A stretch of 62,396 bases of DNA, counting the filler, from Reclinomonas americana ATCC 50394 (taxonomy: Eukaryota), in assembly GCA_048213135.1 (NCBI GenBank). It is 4 parts of 2 records of this genome, joined end to end, with 100 filler letters (N's around TTAATTAATTAA, not from the genome) between each part and the next. Parts side by side here need not be neighbours in the genome. Positions count along the whole stretch, not along the records: positions 21,058 to 51,891 come from PS015082.1; 3 more parts are not named here. One strand, given 5' to 3'. Within the stretch, counting starts at the first letter, position 1. Each line of letters opens with the position of its first letter. Shown here in pieces: positions 22,607-37,900 of the stretch. Both the position numbers and the translations under genes were made by a program. The notes under the pieces were generated by a model, which was given only the letters and a program-made list of their open reading frames with translations, was not told the origin of the DNA and searched no databases.

Positions 22607-25600
22607 TTATCTTACAGCATTCTGGCGAAGCATCAGTTCCTGCGCACTGGAGAGACCACGAATGCCGTCGACACAAGCACCACGCAGATGCAGCAGGTGC
22701 GTTCCGGCGCACCACTCCACGGGCACATTACAAGGATCGACGGACTCGTCCATGAGACTGGTCAAGTTCCACAGAAGGGCGGTACCATCGTCGCCACCGC
22801 TCTGCAACACACAAACAATGGTGAGCTGCATCCTTTTTGTACGTAAACGACGGAGAGTCAAGTCAGTACCAGCAAATTGTCGCCCGCAAAGCGCACGCTG
22901 CGAACTGCAGCTGTGTGCCCGGCCAGCGTCGCCACCGTGCGCCCCGTATCCAACGCCACCAGCACCACGTCGAGGCCATCGCCAGCCACCGCAGCAATCT
23001 TCGAGTCCGGCGACAGGGCCACCGAGTGAACCGTGCGAAGGCTGGTCTCGATCGTCAGCCAGCTTTCAAACGTCAACAGCGACCACTGCGTGAGGTGAGC
23101 GCGGTGAGACATACAAAATGGAAACTACATGCACACAACCGCAAACTCTCACCAAGCGCAGTGTGCCATCATTGGAGGCTGAGACGAGGCGCTCTCCTTG
23201 ACCCACAAAAGCCAAGCTGCGGAAGAAAAACACAAGTCTTTGTTTTCTTCTCAACACTCCTGATCTCGCAGCACGCACACACACCTGCTAATGGTACCGC
23301 GATGCCCAGAGAGAATGCGCAAACAGTCGGTCTCACTCCACAGCCGGATTGTGGTGTCGCGAGAACCCGAAACTACGCTGACGCCGTCCGGGGAGCACGC
23401 CACAGAGGTGACAGCATCGACGTGGCCAATGTGAGTGCGCAGTACGAGGCCAGTCGAGAAGAGCCAGCGTTGAACACCAAAATCCAGTGACCCAGTAATC
23501 AACAACGACCCGTCGGCAGAGAAATCTCCGCACGTCACCTCCGACGTGAGACCCGACAGAGTGCGCAGCAGAACAAACTGCTCCGCACTCCACACATGGA
23601 TCACCATGTCGCTTCCGAACGACAAGAGCAGTTGACTGTCGCGAGAAAAGAGAAGATTCTGCATGCACGTCGCCATTTGTGAGTGAGATCACAGCGGCAA
23701 GTGGTGCGCGGAGACGGAGGCGGCAGCTTACCAGCACCGGCGCTCGGTGTGCACTCAGACAGGCCAGCAGTCGCCCATTAGTCACGTTCCACACTCGAAC
23801 ATTGGCATCCTCACAAGAGGTGGCCAGTGTGCGACCATCGGGTGAAACCGCCACCGCCTGCACGCTGCCATGGTGCTCTTGACCGGCGGTGGGGGAACGG
23901 AAACTGTGGAGAAAGGAGCAGATGAGCACAGAAGGCGCAATCGAAACCACCTGGCGCAAGCCGCAAGGAAGCACCTGTCGTGTGGGCTCCACTGCGCACA
24001 CGTTGTGAGTCGACACGAGAAAGCAACCAGAAAAGATGACTGCATCACTCACCAAGCGCACTGCGCTGTCGCGACTGGCATAGATAACGGACTCTCCATC
24101 GTGCGTGAACACAGCCGCCGTTGGCCAGTCTGTGGGGCCGTGCTCAAGCGTGGCGAGAAGAACGCCAGTGATCGTGTCCCACAATCGCATGCCAAGGTCC
24201 ACGCACCCGGTGGCCAGCATGTGACCAACAGGTGAGAAGGCCAGGCACTGTTGGACCAGGGAGTGAGGCTCGCGTAAAATGTGGCGCTGTGGGCATGCCA
24301 CCAGCAACGCCGCGCAGCGTACCTTGACCATGCCTGGGTGAGACATTTCCAACACCGGCTTGTGGTCGGCATTCAAATCGGGTGCGGCATCAGCCGGCGG
24401 AGTCTTCCACAGCAACACACGTCGATCCAGTGACGCAGAGGCGAGTAGCTGGCCGTCGGGAGAAAAGGCAACATCGCTGCAAAAACGCCGCCAGTCAGAC
24501 ACCGAAATGACACTTGCAACGCCTGCTGCGTCTACCTGACTTCTTCGTGATGCCCGTGCAGGATGGCGAGTCGAGTACTCTGAGTGGCACTCCACACATA
24601 CACTGTGTTTCCGTCGCCTCCCGCGCCTATGAGTGCACCGTCGCCAGACGACGCGATGCAGGTCAAATGTTCCGGGAGCGTGTCAATGACCTTGCCGTCG
24701 CCCGAGGTGCGAAAGGGCCACGAGCGCACCGTGCCGTCATCGCCACAGCTCACAATCAGCGACCCACCAGCGAGGGCCAGACTCCTGCACAAAAGCAGAT
24801 GCGGAGTGTGTGAGAATGACCCACGATGAGCGAGTTGCGAAACAGTTCGTTCTCACCTGACCCACTTGGTGTGCCCGTTCAGCACGCGCAGACACACTCC
24901 TTTTTCCACATGCCACAGGCGGAGAGTGCAATCGTCACTGCCGGATACCACCATGGCAGAACTCGGCAGCCAGGCAACACATTCGATCATGCCCGTGTGA
25001 CCGGCGAGCACTCGCTCGCACTCAAACACCTCCGTGTCCCCTGCACACACGGTACCCGTCACTCACATCATTCACGACACAAAACACGCGCCACGCTGCA
25101 ATTCGACTACGCACATATCCGCAGCATCGAGTCCTTGCAGCCGGTGGCCAGGTGCAAACCACTGGCAGAGAGTGCCACACACATGACCCAGCCCGGATGG
25201 TGCATGTGTGGATGCATCCGAAGCACAGCGTCCGACAAGTCGGCATTCCGCAGATTGGCTCGCCGCAGCCACGCTTTCTCCAGCACTGCGTGTTGAAGGT
25301 GTGCACCCTCCAAATTCGTGCCATCGAGCCACGCCTGTGCAGTTGTCAGCAAAACGAGAGCAATCACGCACGCACACGGAGACAACAGACGCACTCGCGA
25401 AAAATCAACGTATGGGAGTCGCACGTGGGCCATGTTCTGGTTGGCAAACGAAAAGCTGGCCCAGTTGAGCACTGCACGGAGATAGAGAATGAGAGGCAAG
25501 AAAGAAATGCCGTTGAATCCATGGGAAAACAAGCACCCGTTGCAGCATTGCTGGCAGCGATGGCCATCTCCGGTCGCGTCGCAGAGCTCTGTACAATCTC

Positions 25601-28096
25601 AAACAAGCGAGCGGCCACTTGCGCATTGCGTTGGGCACTCTCGCCGATAAAGGACACCAATTGTCGCTGACGTGTGCGCGACGACAACCAGGTCAACTTT
25701 GCTTTTCAGGGACAGAGCAGAGACACACAACGCACCTCCGAAGTCAAGATGCGATGATTGAATGCGTGCGCTTCGAGTCTATCTCCGCCAGCCACACATG
25801 TTTCCACCGTCTCCACTGCGGCAAAGTACGCAAACAATGCTCTGTGTGCAAACTGAATTCCACCCTGCTCCGTCCACGACATGCAGCCCTGATTATGGCG
25901 CATTCAGTCGATCAGCTAGCTGCACACCAACAACAACGAGAACACGCTGCACAACTGACCGCGCGAACAAGCAGATCCAGTTGCGTCGGATGGCACAGAC
26001 TGTTGATGTACTGCCACCCGACAGGGCAGCACTCCTCCGACACCTGTGCAGCGGGGGTGGCGAGCAGCCAAAAGGCAATAGTCTTGCCAAACGGGAGAAG
26101 TGACTGTGCAAGACTCGGCTCTCGAGTAAAGGCCTGCAGACACAGGTGATGTCAATGAGCAGCCGGTAGTGGGCGTCACAACAACAACAACACCTGCGCA
26201 AATGGCGGCTGTCGAATGACATTGGTGAACCACCATCGAACAAACGCGCCGATCAGCTCGTATGACTTCAGCGGTGCACGATGCGTGGCAGTTGAAAACG
26301 CTGCGTCAACATCGCCGTCCGCGAACGAAACCGGCAAACAGGCTAGTGCAAGGTTCAGATACAACGGCTGCGCAAGCAACACACAACAGCTTGTTCAGTG
26401 TGCGTGTGTCACGCAAGCGACAAGGGGCGACCGATGACAGCACCTCACGACACAGGGTCAGCAGGCCTGGTACACCCTCCAGCTGACTTCTGTACACTTG
26501 CCAGTCGCGCGACTGCGTATGTGGTGTCTTGACGAACCTGGGGGCCCGGAATTCGTCATGAGGTGAACGACGATGACGACGACAACACACCAACCATGAG
26601 ATCGACAGTGCAGCGCAACTCTTGCAGAAACGCATTCAGTTGCGAATCGTTGAGCGGTTTCAGGAAGCACTGCGACAGGCCGGGTATGAGGGGACTACCC
26701 AGCGTCGGAAACGCGGATATTGGAGAGAAGAGGGTGGTGAATAGGTTGCCGTGCTTGAACGAGCGAATAAAGCCGCTGTCGCACAGCACAACAAGCTTTG
26801 CCTGCCACGCCTGCACGAATGCAAGGTGCGTGTGAGCGAGAATGGTCGCAACCGCGACGGGCGGAGCTCGATAGCGTATCGAACCGACAGGCGGTTGTGA
26901 GTGTAGAGATTGGGAGGATTCGGTGCCAGGCTCTCGTAGGCGTCACACAAGAAGACGATTTCGTGGTGCACCTTGAGCGCAGCTCGCTGGATGTTATCAT
27001 CGACGACGGCGACACATGAGCAATCGCAAGGAGAGTATGTGTGGAGAATCAACACAAACCTCGTCAAACGTGAAGCCCTCGTGCGCCAGCAGACGATCCC
27101 AGAACTCGCCACTGACGACATCGTCGAGCAGGCACAGATCCAGAGGCACACGCACCGGAATGGGCGCCGAGTTGCCCCACTCCCAGTTCTGCCAGTGTGC
27201 ATGCGAGCACACGCGAGTGAGCCACACACACGTGCATCGCCCACACGCACAACATCGCGGTCCAACCTCCCACATAAACGCCTCCAGATTGTGAGCCAGT
27301 ATCGTCTTGCCGCTCCCGCTCGGCCCGACTACCAGCAGTACGCGATCGCTGTCTTGTTTCACAAACTCCACGAGCAGATCCCACGCTGGTACGTTTGTGG
27401 TGTCGTGCAGATGCCGACCCGCCATCACCTCGGCGCTCACTGGCACAGCCAAGCAGCTGCGATACGCCAACTCCAGTTCATCGCGGATGCTGGACGCGTG
27501 GTGAACGATCACGAGATGAGGAGACGCACAGGGCGACGAGCACTGCCAAAGGCGATCACCACGCAACCGCATGAGACAGCGCATTCGCAGTTGCTCGATC
27601 TTGTCACGCAAGACGGCCAGCGGTGTGGCATTCTGCAGCCGCGTTTGTTCATCACACAACAGATCGCGCACTCACAAGAACGCTCTGGTGTGAACAGCAC
27701 TAACCGGTGGCGTCGCTGTGTGTGAGAGGTTCATCATGCGGCTGGGCGTGCGTACGGGAGTGAACTGCTGCGGTGGCGATCGCGCCGCAACGACCAACGA
27801 GGATGGCGTCGGTGGCGAAGCCATCGGTGAATGTGGCAGCAGCGCCGGAGAAGTCACCGGCGCAAACTGCTCACAGAGAGAGTGCGCACATGTGTGTGAG
27901 TGTGGGGAGAGCGCTACTACTCGTGGCGACGCGATCTCACACCTGTGGTGGAATCGGTGTGTACACGGTTGGTGGATCATCGTACACTGCGCGCGACGCA
28001 GTGAGGACTGTATGCCAAGCACAAGTGCAGCGCGCTATCAGGTGTGTGCAAACCAGCGCGTGGACGCGAGGCGGCTACTGGCGCCGCACAACCCAT
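22607..28096 (-). CDS. NLR-like STAND protein: MGC/Pro-rich N-terminus, NACHT-like NTPase, pentapeptide repeats, about 14 WD40 repeats
   Basis: Walker A VLLVVGPSGSGKT (~27300-27340), Walker B IVFLCDAYES, FAHRALFAYFAA, AASNAAT, pentapeptide AHLQHAVLEKAWLRRANLRNADLSDA, 14 countable GH...W repeats (25210-22770), tail GIRGLSSAQELMLRQ. Confidence 0.88.
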
Positions 28097-28268
28097 CGAC
28101 GACGATACTGGCAGGACACATGAAAACGAAGGACATGGACTTTGTTGATGAAAACAAGTGTACATTCTTCATTGTCTGGCGGGTCTTACGGCGAGTTTAC
28201 CGGCGACGTTGAGCTGCGGAACGAGGGTAAGTTAGGCTCAACGTAGCTCGAATAAATGATTGCATCAC

Positions 28269-31200
28269 TTACCCCTCAGCCAGCAACGAAGCACGACTGC
28301 GAGGAGAAGAGGCTGGTAAGATAGCTGCGCCGCCAGCATAGAGACAATGGTGGTGGCTGACGCAACTTGGTGGGTGACAGAGTTCTCAAATCGATCAACC
28401 CAGATCGTCGAGCAACAGGGCTCTGCAATCATCACATGTAAGTCGTCAAAGGAACATGCACGACAACGACAACAATACTGATAACGCACCGCAACCTCAG
28501 CGTCGTGCACATCGACCGTGGTCTGCCGGAAAGAAAACAACCAACGTGAGAACACAAGAACCGCAATAGAAATGAGCACCCCCGATCGATCGACAAACCA
28601 AGGCGCCAGCGCCATAGGCAGAGAGCGCCGGAGGCGCTCCCTTGGCTCCCGACGGCTGCAGGAGGAACCAACGCAGGCCGGCATACAAGGCAAAGGCCAC
28701 GACGCCGCATCCCACAACAATCAGCAAAATGCAGTACCACTCGCAGGCGCACTTGTCCGACACGGCAGGCTTCACAACCACCACTGCAGGCACAAGCACG
28801 CACACGCACGCACGCAGAGCGAGAGACGCAGTGAGCATCTCTCCTACATGCTCGCCGCCGCCCAGCACAGCTTCACGCGCACCTGGTTCAAAGCTGCGAA
28901 CAATGGCGTACGTGCCATCGGCACATCCAACAGCAGTCAAATCGCCATTGGCACGATTGTACGTCTGCAATCCGCCGCATGCGGTCTCGGAGACCGACAG
29001 CTGTCCAGTGACCGGGTCGTACTTGAAGAGATGTGGATCGACGTCACCAACCTGCAAGACATACGACAAAAGAAGGTGAGAAACAATAGAAGCCGTCCGT
29101 CAGGCTTCACCACAGGCCAGACACGCAACCGTGGACGGAATGTTGATGGTTACGCCGCCAGAGGTCAGCCACTGGTTGTCTGTTCGCAGCGTGTCTCGCT
29201 GCGGCATCGTGCAAGCATTGTCTGTCGTGACCACGAAACCGTCGACAAAGGCCGACAGCTGCAGATATTCACGCAGACACGTGAGAAGAGCAAGTTCTCG
29301 GCAATGTGCGCACACTGACAAGACGTAACCGTGCGGATCGAAAGTGGAATCGCCTGATTGGAGGCGTCGACTGTCACCACCGTACTCGACGTCATGCAGA
29401 AGGTGGTCGGGCTGAAGTTCCACGTCACCGCGAATCCGGAGCGCGTGGTGACCGTCAGTGTCGGCGTCTGTGCGTCCGCATCTCCGGCGCCGGTGATGTC
29501 CGACGGATTCTCCACCTTCATGCGCATCACACCTGCGTATACCGCCCCCGCGCATGGTGTGAGTGCACATCCTCCTCCAATTTGACAGTCATGCGACACA
29601 ATTTTTGCTCACCGATATGATCGGCCAGCAGCGAACGCGTGAGCGGCACAGCTGTGCCCGTAGCCGTCAAGCCACTGCCATCGGCAACAGCGGTCACCGT
29701 GCACGAAATCGGCGCACTTGGGTCCGAAAACTGGTTCAGAACATCGCTCTCCGTCACGGTGTACGTCGTCAGCGGTGCCTGCACACCGACAGTCCACATC
29801 TCCGTGCTTGGAGTGCTGTAGTGACACACTCACGAGTCAACGAAACAAGCAACAACCAGCCAGAGTAGGAGACAGCGCCAACAAACCCAGTGCACGTGAT
29901 CACGGAGCGGGTCAGCGGCACGCCATTATTGCGCTGAATCCAGAAGAATTGGATGGTGCCGCCATTGTCAAGCACCGCAAAATTGACAGGGCGCGCAGGG
30001 ATGGTTGCGGGCGCTGTGGTACGAACAGCGACCGTCGCCCGTGAGCACAGACCACAAGTGCCAAGCAAGGAAACCGTCGAACGCAACGAGGTGTGGCCGC
30101 TGCAACGTCAGATGCCGGACCGAATCCGTCATACCTGTTGTTGGTCGCAAACACTCGAGCTTCGTACGTGAGGCCTGCACCCGAGTGGAGCAGTGAGTAA
30201 GTGTGTGCCACAGGTGATAATGGAGGCGAGAATTCTCGCGTTACGCACCTGGCGTGAGGCTGCCAGTGGTCACCGTCAGATCCGTGATCGAACCCGTCTC
30301 CGGAACTCGACGAGACCACGTGGTCGACCCTTGCAGTCGGTACTGCAGGTAGTACGCGTACGACGGCTGGAGAGAACCGGGAATCACCGGCGGCTGCCAC
30401 GTCCATCGAATCGAGCCAACATCGTCCACTGTGAATCCCGAGCCGACCAGCGACTGCGGTTCACCAGGAGCTGCAAACGATCACGATTCTTCGAGTCAGC
30501 GACAACAACACTCAACAGCAACAAAAAAGCACACGCCACGCACGAGCAGCAAGTGTGCGGATGGTAGAGGGGTCCGACAACCTCGAGCCGCTGTTGACGG
30601 TGCCCGAGTAGGCCGTCACTCGAATGTCCGAGTACTGCACACATGCATTACTATCATTGAGCACAATGCCACCCTTGTCCTTTCGCATTTTCCCCTCATA
30701 CACGCAACAGTGGTGTCCGGCGGCAACGTCAAGAACTTGTACAGAAGCTTGTCACGCTTGTCAAAGTCCTGCCACGGAATTCCCACTGTGGTTGGCGGGA
30801 ACGAATATGTCTGACCATCGTTACCGCGCATATCGATCTGGTAGCCCGACACCAAGTTGTCGACGTCGTCGGGGCACGGCTGCCACACCACCTCGAAACC
30901 AAACGGTGTTGCGTTCTGCACAGTCACGCTGGCCGGGCCGCTCGTGGCGAACGCTGCAATGCATTGCTGCATGAGTACTCTGCGAGCCAGCAACCATGCT
31001 CACCGACACCACGCCACGCAACTGTTGATTGCCAGCGTGCCATTCGGCACCGGCAAATATGCATCATCCGCAAACTGTCGCACACACAGTTTCAACACCG
31101 CCTTGACCCTGTACACAAATAACCACGCAGAAAATGAGCCGCAGCACGGCATAGCACATTCACAATGCCGTACTCAACGTCGACAGGACAGTGAACTGGA

Positions 31201-31929
31201 GCGTGCTCGTTCCAGTCAACGTGACAGGCGAGATGGTGGTGGTGGCGGCCTGGTTCGCCGAGCAGTCTTGGGTGGAACCGACGGCCTTCACCACCGAACC
31301 GGCGTTGAGACCGTTGCCGGTGATGCTCACATTGGACGTGACATTCGTCTGAATGCCAGTGGGCGACGACGAAATCAGCGCACCTGCAAGCATATCACAC
31401 GGGATTGAGTGAGAGAGAAGCATCCTACTGCATGCATGCAGAGTGGACGCCAACGCACCGCGGAAGCGAACGAGATCGTTCACAGCCTGTGCCGATGCCA
31501 CTGTGCCGTTGTACGACACGCACACCTTGAATGAGCCACTGGCCGTGGAGCTCAGTGTCAGCGGCACTTGCGACGCGGTGCGCCCAGCCGACGGTGCAGT
31601 CATGGTGATGGCTGCGGCGTTGGCGCCGCACATGGCAGCCGACTGCGAGATCGAAAACGCATCGTCGGATGTGAGCGCGTAGCCAGCCAGGACCAGCGAT
31701 CCAGTCGTGCCGACAGTAAAGTACACTGGTGTGGCCGGCGACGCGATGCTAGTCACAGAACCTGCCGCACATTATAGCACGCAATCGTCAAGAGAGCGCA
31801 CTTTACATGAATAGAACTGCCGCTACCAACACACCGATGACCAAAATGGGCGTGTCGGCGCCGGCTTGCACATACTTGGTGCGATTCGCAAACAAAATGC
31901 AAGCACGGAACCGACCACCAACCTGCGAG

Positions 31930-31975
<46 letters not shown>

Positions 31976-34900
31976 GAACAAACGTGCTTCAGCTCATTGC
32001 NNNNNNNNNNNNNNNNNNNNNNNNNNNNNNNNNNNNNNNNNNNNNNNNNNNNNNNNNNNNNNNNNNNNNNNNNNNNNNNNNNNNNNNNNNNNNNNNNNNN
32101 NNNNNNNNNNNNNNNNNNNNNNNNNNNNNNNNNNNNNNNNNNNNNNNNNNNNNNNNNNNNNNNNNNNNNNNNNNNNNNNNNNNNNNNNNNNNNNNNNNNN
32201 NNNNNNNNNNNNNNNNNNNNNNNNNNNNNNNNNNNNNNNNNNNNNNNNNNNNNNNNNNNNNNNNNNNNNNNNNNNNNNNNNNNNNNNNNNNNNNNNNNNN
32301 NNNNNNNNNNNNNNNNNNNNNNNNNNNNNNNNNNNNNNNNNNNNNNNNNNNNNNNNNNNNNNNNNNNNNNNNNNNNNNNNNNNNNNNNNNNNNNNNNNNN
32401 NNNNNNNNNNNNNNNNNNNNNNNNNNNNNNNNNNNNNNNNNNNNNNNNNNNNNNNNNNNNNNNNNNNNNNNNNNNNNNNNNNNNNNNNNNNNNNNNNNNN
32501 NNNNNNNNNNNNNNNNNNNNNNNNNNNNNNNNNNNNNNNNNNNNNNNNNNNNNNNNNNNNNNNNNNNNNNNNNNNNNNNNNNNNNNNNNNNNNNNNNNNN
32601 NNNNNNNNNNNNNNNNNNNNNNNNNNNNNNNNNNNNNNNNNNNNNNNNNNNNNNNNNNNNNNNNNNNNNNNNNNNNNNNNNNNNNNNNNNNNNNNNNNNN
32701 NNNNNNNNNNNNNNNNNNNNNNNNNNNNNNNNNNNNNNNNNNNNNNNNNNNNNNNNNNNNNNNNNNNNNNNNNNNNNNNNNNNNNNNNNNNNNNNNNNNN
32801 NNNNNNNNNNNNNNNNNNNNNNNNNNNNNNNNNNNNNNNNNNNNNNNNNNNNNNNNNNNGAGAGAGAGAGAGAGAGAGAGAGAAAGGAGTACGAAGCAAT
32901 GAGTTTCGCTGGTATACTCTCTGCTACTTTCAACCATATCCGTCGTACGCAACGAAGGGCGGCAGTGATGGTGGCCCCAGAGTCGGCCCACACATTCGTG
33001 TTTGCCTTGACGCACAACTGCAACAAAAAACGCACGATGAGTGGATAGTGACAAGGGTCGAAACTACGAGTTGGGAGACCCACCTTCAAGGTGATGCTTT
33101 GAGAGATCGACACGGACAAGGCAGCCGCCATTGCCGAGTTGGAGGTGATGGTGGCCGAATTCACCGACGCGTCATTGGTTGGCGTACCAGTGCACACACC
33201 CGCGGTCAGCGCAATGTCAGCCAGGCGATCGAGGTTCTCGCCCGTGAGATTGACGGTGGTCGGCACCGAATCGTTACTTGGACTGGCCACAATGGTGCTC
33301 GGTGTCACGTTGGCCACACCGATAGTAGCTGCGATGCGGAACACATCGATGCGTCAGTGAAACAGCACTCGAGATTGACAGCACATTGTTTGACGAGGTA
33401 CCTGCTTGCACAGTGATGTTCTTGCTAAAGTCCCACCACTGCACGCCCAGTTGCTCCAAGCACAACTGCACAACACCAATGAGTGAGATGAAGGATCCAG
33501 CAAGACACGGAAAGCCGCTTAACACCGACAATACCTTGTAAGTGCCGGCTTGAGACACAGACACGGACAGAGCGGCCGTTGTCGATGCCTTGGAGGTGAT
33601 GGTCAGTGTGGTCACAGCTGCGTCAGTGGCCGACGTGCCACACACGCCGTTGCTGGCCACAAGCTTCACCGCACTCATCGTGTCCAGTGCAGTTCCCGTC
33701 AGATTGACGGCAGTCGTCGAGCCCGCAGTCAGCGAGTTCGGCGCCACAGTGGTCAGCGTCACTGGTCGGAGAGAACGACAATAATAAGTGCCAAATGCAA
33801 CTGCCACGACAGACCGGTCGGTAAAACGCAACTCAGCGCCGCAGTGACAGTAAAGCCCGAATCGAGCCAGATGACGCTATTTTGTTGCACACACACCTGC
33901 GCGCGCGCACACAAAAGTTAGCACAGCGAGCGCAAAGCGGGCGATGTAGGATCGATAGCGTACCTTGAGCGTACCGGCCGCCGTCACAATCGTAGTGAAC
34001 GACGCGCTGGTGGCTGTCTTCATTGCCGCCACTGTCACGTTTCCGACGGAGGCGTCGTTTGTCGGTGTTCCCGAGCAGCTGCCATTGTTGGCAACCAGCC
34101 GCACTCCGCTGAGCTGATCCAGCGCTGTGCCGGTCAGATTCACCGTGTTGGCGAACGCCATGCTGGCGACCAGCGACGTTGGCGTCACGGCCGTGACCGT
34201 CACTGTTCGCGGTCAACGAACGATGAGTTGACAAGAAAGATGGAGAAAGCGCATTTTGAAGGAACTCAACTGATGGTGGATGCAATGGCGAATCCTGAGT
34301 CGTACCAAACGAGACTCGCTTGTTGTACGCACAACTGCAATTTGCGAACTTCAGCAACAGCACAGAGACCCGTGATGGCGTGAGGGGGCTTAGTAAACAC
34401 ACCTTCAGGGTCACGGTCTGCGTGATGGACACGGACAAAACCGCCGCTGCTGCCGTCGGCACTCCGTTGATCGACAAAGTGCCCACAGCGGCATGGTTGG
34501 TAGGAGTGCCTGCACAGGTGCCATTGTTCGCCACCAGTCGTACGGCCGTCAACTGGTCCAGAATGGTGCCCGTAAGGTTCACCGTGGTCGTCACGTTGCC
34601 GACAACCGCCGTCGGATTGACATTCGTCACGGTCACTGCGCAGCAATAACGGTTGGGTGAGTTGCTCCGAAACAACCGCGCAAAGACATACACACAGGCA
34701 TGAGAAATGTTACGCAACTGGTTGCCGCGGTAATCGTAAACGTCGAATCGATCCACACCGCACTGCCTTGTTGTACACACAACTACACGAAGAATTTTGT
34801 GTTGGGTCAGGAAGACGAAGCGGCGTACACGGAGCCAACAGAGATACGGGCGATAGATGAACCTTCAGGGTGATGTCCTGCGAAATGGACACAGACAACA

Positions 34901-37900
34901 CAGCTGCAGTGGATGCCGGCGTGCCAGTGATGGTCAGCGCCGCCACCGACGCGTGATTGGTCGGCGATCCAGTGCATGTGCCATTGTTGGCCACAAGCCG
35001 CACATTGGTGAGCTGATCGAGCGTAGTGCCAGTCAGATTGACGGCGTTCGCCACCGTCATGCCGGTCACCACAGTCGATGGTGCCACGTTGGTGACGGTC
35101 ACTGCGCGCAACAGTACCAACGGTGTGAGGTGCACCGCAACAAATCACGGTCATCATGAAGCGCACGCAACAAATCAGCGACGCAATCGTCGATCCCGAA
35201 TCAATCCACAGCAGACTGGCCTGCTGTACACAGAGCTGCACGACGCGCGAGAATACGTGAGTGAGCTGTCGACTCCAATTTAGCAACGCCCCAATAGAGC
35301 CGTGCAGTACCTTGAGAGTCACGGTTTGCGTAATCAGCACCGACAAAGCGGCCGCGCCGGCTGTCGGCGTGCCAGTGATCGTCGCCGTCGTCACAGACGC
35401 GTGGTTGGTTGGCGTGCCTGCACAGCTACCATTGTTGGCCACCAACCGCACTGCCGTCAATTGATCCAGAATCGTGCCGGTAAGGTTGACGGCCGTGGTG
35501 TTGTTGCCGACCACAGACGACGGTGTCACGTTGGTCACCGTCACTACGCGAACAAAAAGAACACAGGCGTGAGCAACACACACTAGTCGTCTGGTGCTAT
35601 TTTTCTCGTTCCGTCCCGGACGCAACTGGTAGCCGCGGTAATAGTGCGACCGGAGTCAATCCACACCGCACTTCCTTGTTGCACACACAGCTGCATTGTA
35701 GTGCACCGCAGTGAGCACGATGCACCGTATTACGAAGACAGAGAAGACAAGTTACGGACCTTCAGGGTGATGTTCTGGAGAATCGACATTGTCAGCACTG
35801 CAGCACCGGCTGTCGGTGTTCCATTGATTGCCAGCGCGGCCACAGAAGCGTCGTTCGTCGGCGTAGCCGCGCAGCTCCCATTGGAAGCCACAAGCCTCAC
35901 GGCGGTCAACTGATCCAACACTGTGCCGGTCAGATTCACTGTATTCGTGATCACCATGCCCGGAACCACCGTCGACGGAGACGCATTCGTCACGGTCACT
36001 GTCGATCACAACACAGGTCAGAAATGGCGATCACTACGCGCCGTAGAACAACAGGCGACTACGCAACGAATGGCAGCGCTAATCGTCAGCCCAGAATCAA
36101 GCCACAATGAGCTGCTCTGCTCAAAGCACAACTGTACGCACGCACAAGAGTCAGTAACCGATTGTAGACGGTCGGACTTGTCTTGCCGTACCTTCAACGT
36201 CACGCTCTGTGTAATCTTCACGGAGAGCGCGGCCATTGTTCCCGTCGGCGTTCCCACGATCGTCAGTGTTGCCACAGATGCGTCATTTGTCGGCGAGCCC
36301 GTACACATGCCGCCAGTGGCCACCAGTTTGACACCAGTAAGCTGATCCAGCGACGTGCCAGTCAGATTGACCGTCGTGGTATTGTTGCCGATCAGTGCCG
36401 ACGGATTTGCATTGGTCACGGTGACTGTGCAGTGTGCAGCAAAACCTCGTGAGCGCAAAGCAGACGCGGAATGGCACGCTCACACAATACCCAAGTACTC
36501 AACGAGCAGCAGCGCTGATAGTCGACCCGGAGTCAATCCACACAGTGCTGGCCTGCTGCACACACAGCTGTACAGAGGAGACGCAGCGTCAGCAATCGGG
36601 CACAAAAGTCATTCACTGTCTTCGCAGCTCACCTTCAGCGTAATGCTTTGTGAGATGGTCACGGACAGCGCAGCCGAGGTCGCCGCCGGTGTGCCAGTGA
36701 TCGACAGATTTGCCACAGCAGCGTGGTTGGTCGGCGTGCCAGCACACGAGCCATTGTTGGCAACCAATCGCACAGCCGTCAACTGATCCAGCGTCGTTCC
36801 TGTCAGATTCACAGCCGTTGCGCTGTTGGCCGTAATCGAAGCCGGCGCCACATTCGTCACCGTCACTGCGCGGCAAGGCAATGACATGAGTGACAAGCGC
36901 AGCGCTGTTGCAAGACACTAGGTGCAACGCACGAATTGCTGCGGTAATCGAGAACGTAGAATCGATCCACACTGCACTGCCTTGTTGCACGCACAGCTGC
37001 ACAGAGGAGACACCACATCAGAACTGACGCAAGTGCACAATCAAATATGTCTCTGGAACTCACCTTCAGCGTGATGCTCTGTGACAGTGTCACCGACAGT
37101 GCCGCCGAGGTCGATGCTGGTGTGCCAGTGATCGACGCGTTCGTCACAGCAGCGTGGTTGGTCGGCGAGCCAGCACATGTGCCGTTGCTCGCCACCAATC
37201 GCACAGCCGTCAGCTGGTCCAGCGTCGTGCCGGTCAGATTCACAGCCGTCGCATTGTTGCCAATGATCGATGTCGGGGTCACATTCGTCACAGTCACTGT
37301 GTTGCACGGAGCACACACAACGGCCGTCAGTACGCACACCAGCCACTTGCTTCAGCACCATCAAACAATCAGCCACGCAACTGATTGTGGATGTGATCGA
37401 GAATGTCGAGTCGATCCACACCGCGCTACCTTGTTGCACGCACAACTGCGCACAGAAGACATCACGTTAGAATTGACGCACATGAACAATACAAGTACCA
37501 TTCCGAACTCACCTTCAGTGTGATGCTCTGTGACAGAGTCACCGACAGTGCCGCCGAGGTCGATGCCGGTGTGCCGGTGATCGACGCATTCGTCACAGCA
37601 GCGTGATTAGTCGGCGAGCCAGCACACGTGCCATTGCTTGCCACCAGTCGCACAGCTGTCAGCTGGTCCAGCGTCGTACCGGTCAGATTCACGGCAGTCG
37701 CATTGTTGCCGATAATCGATGTCGGGGTCACATTCGTCACGGTCACTGTGTTGCACAAATCACACAGAAGCTGTCAGTACACACACCCAACTTGCTTCTG
37801 CACCATCAAACAATCAGCCACGCAACTGATTGTGGATGTGATCGAGAATGTCGAGTCGATCCACACCGCGCTACCTTGTTGCACGCACAACTGCACAGAG

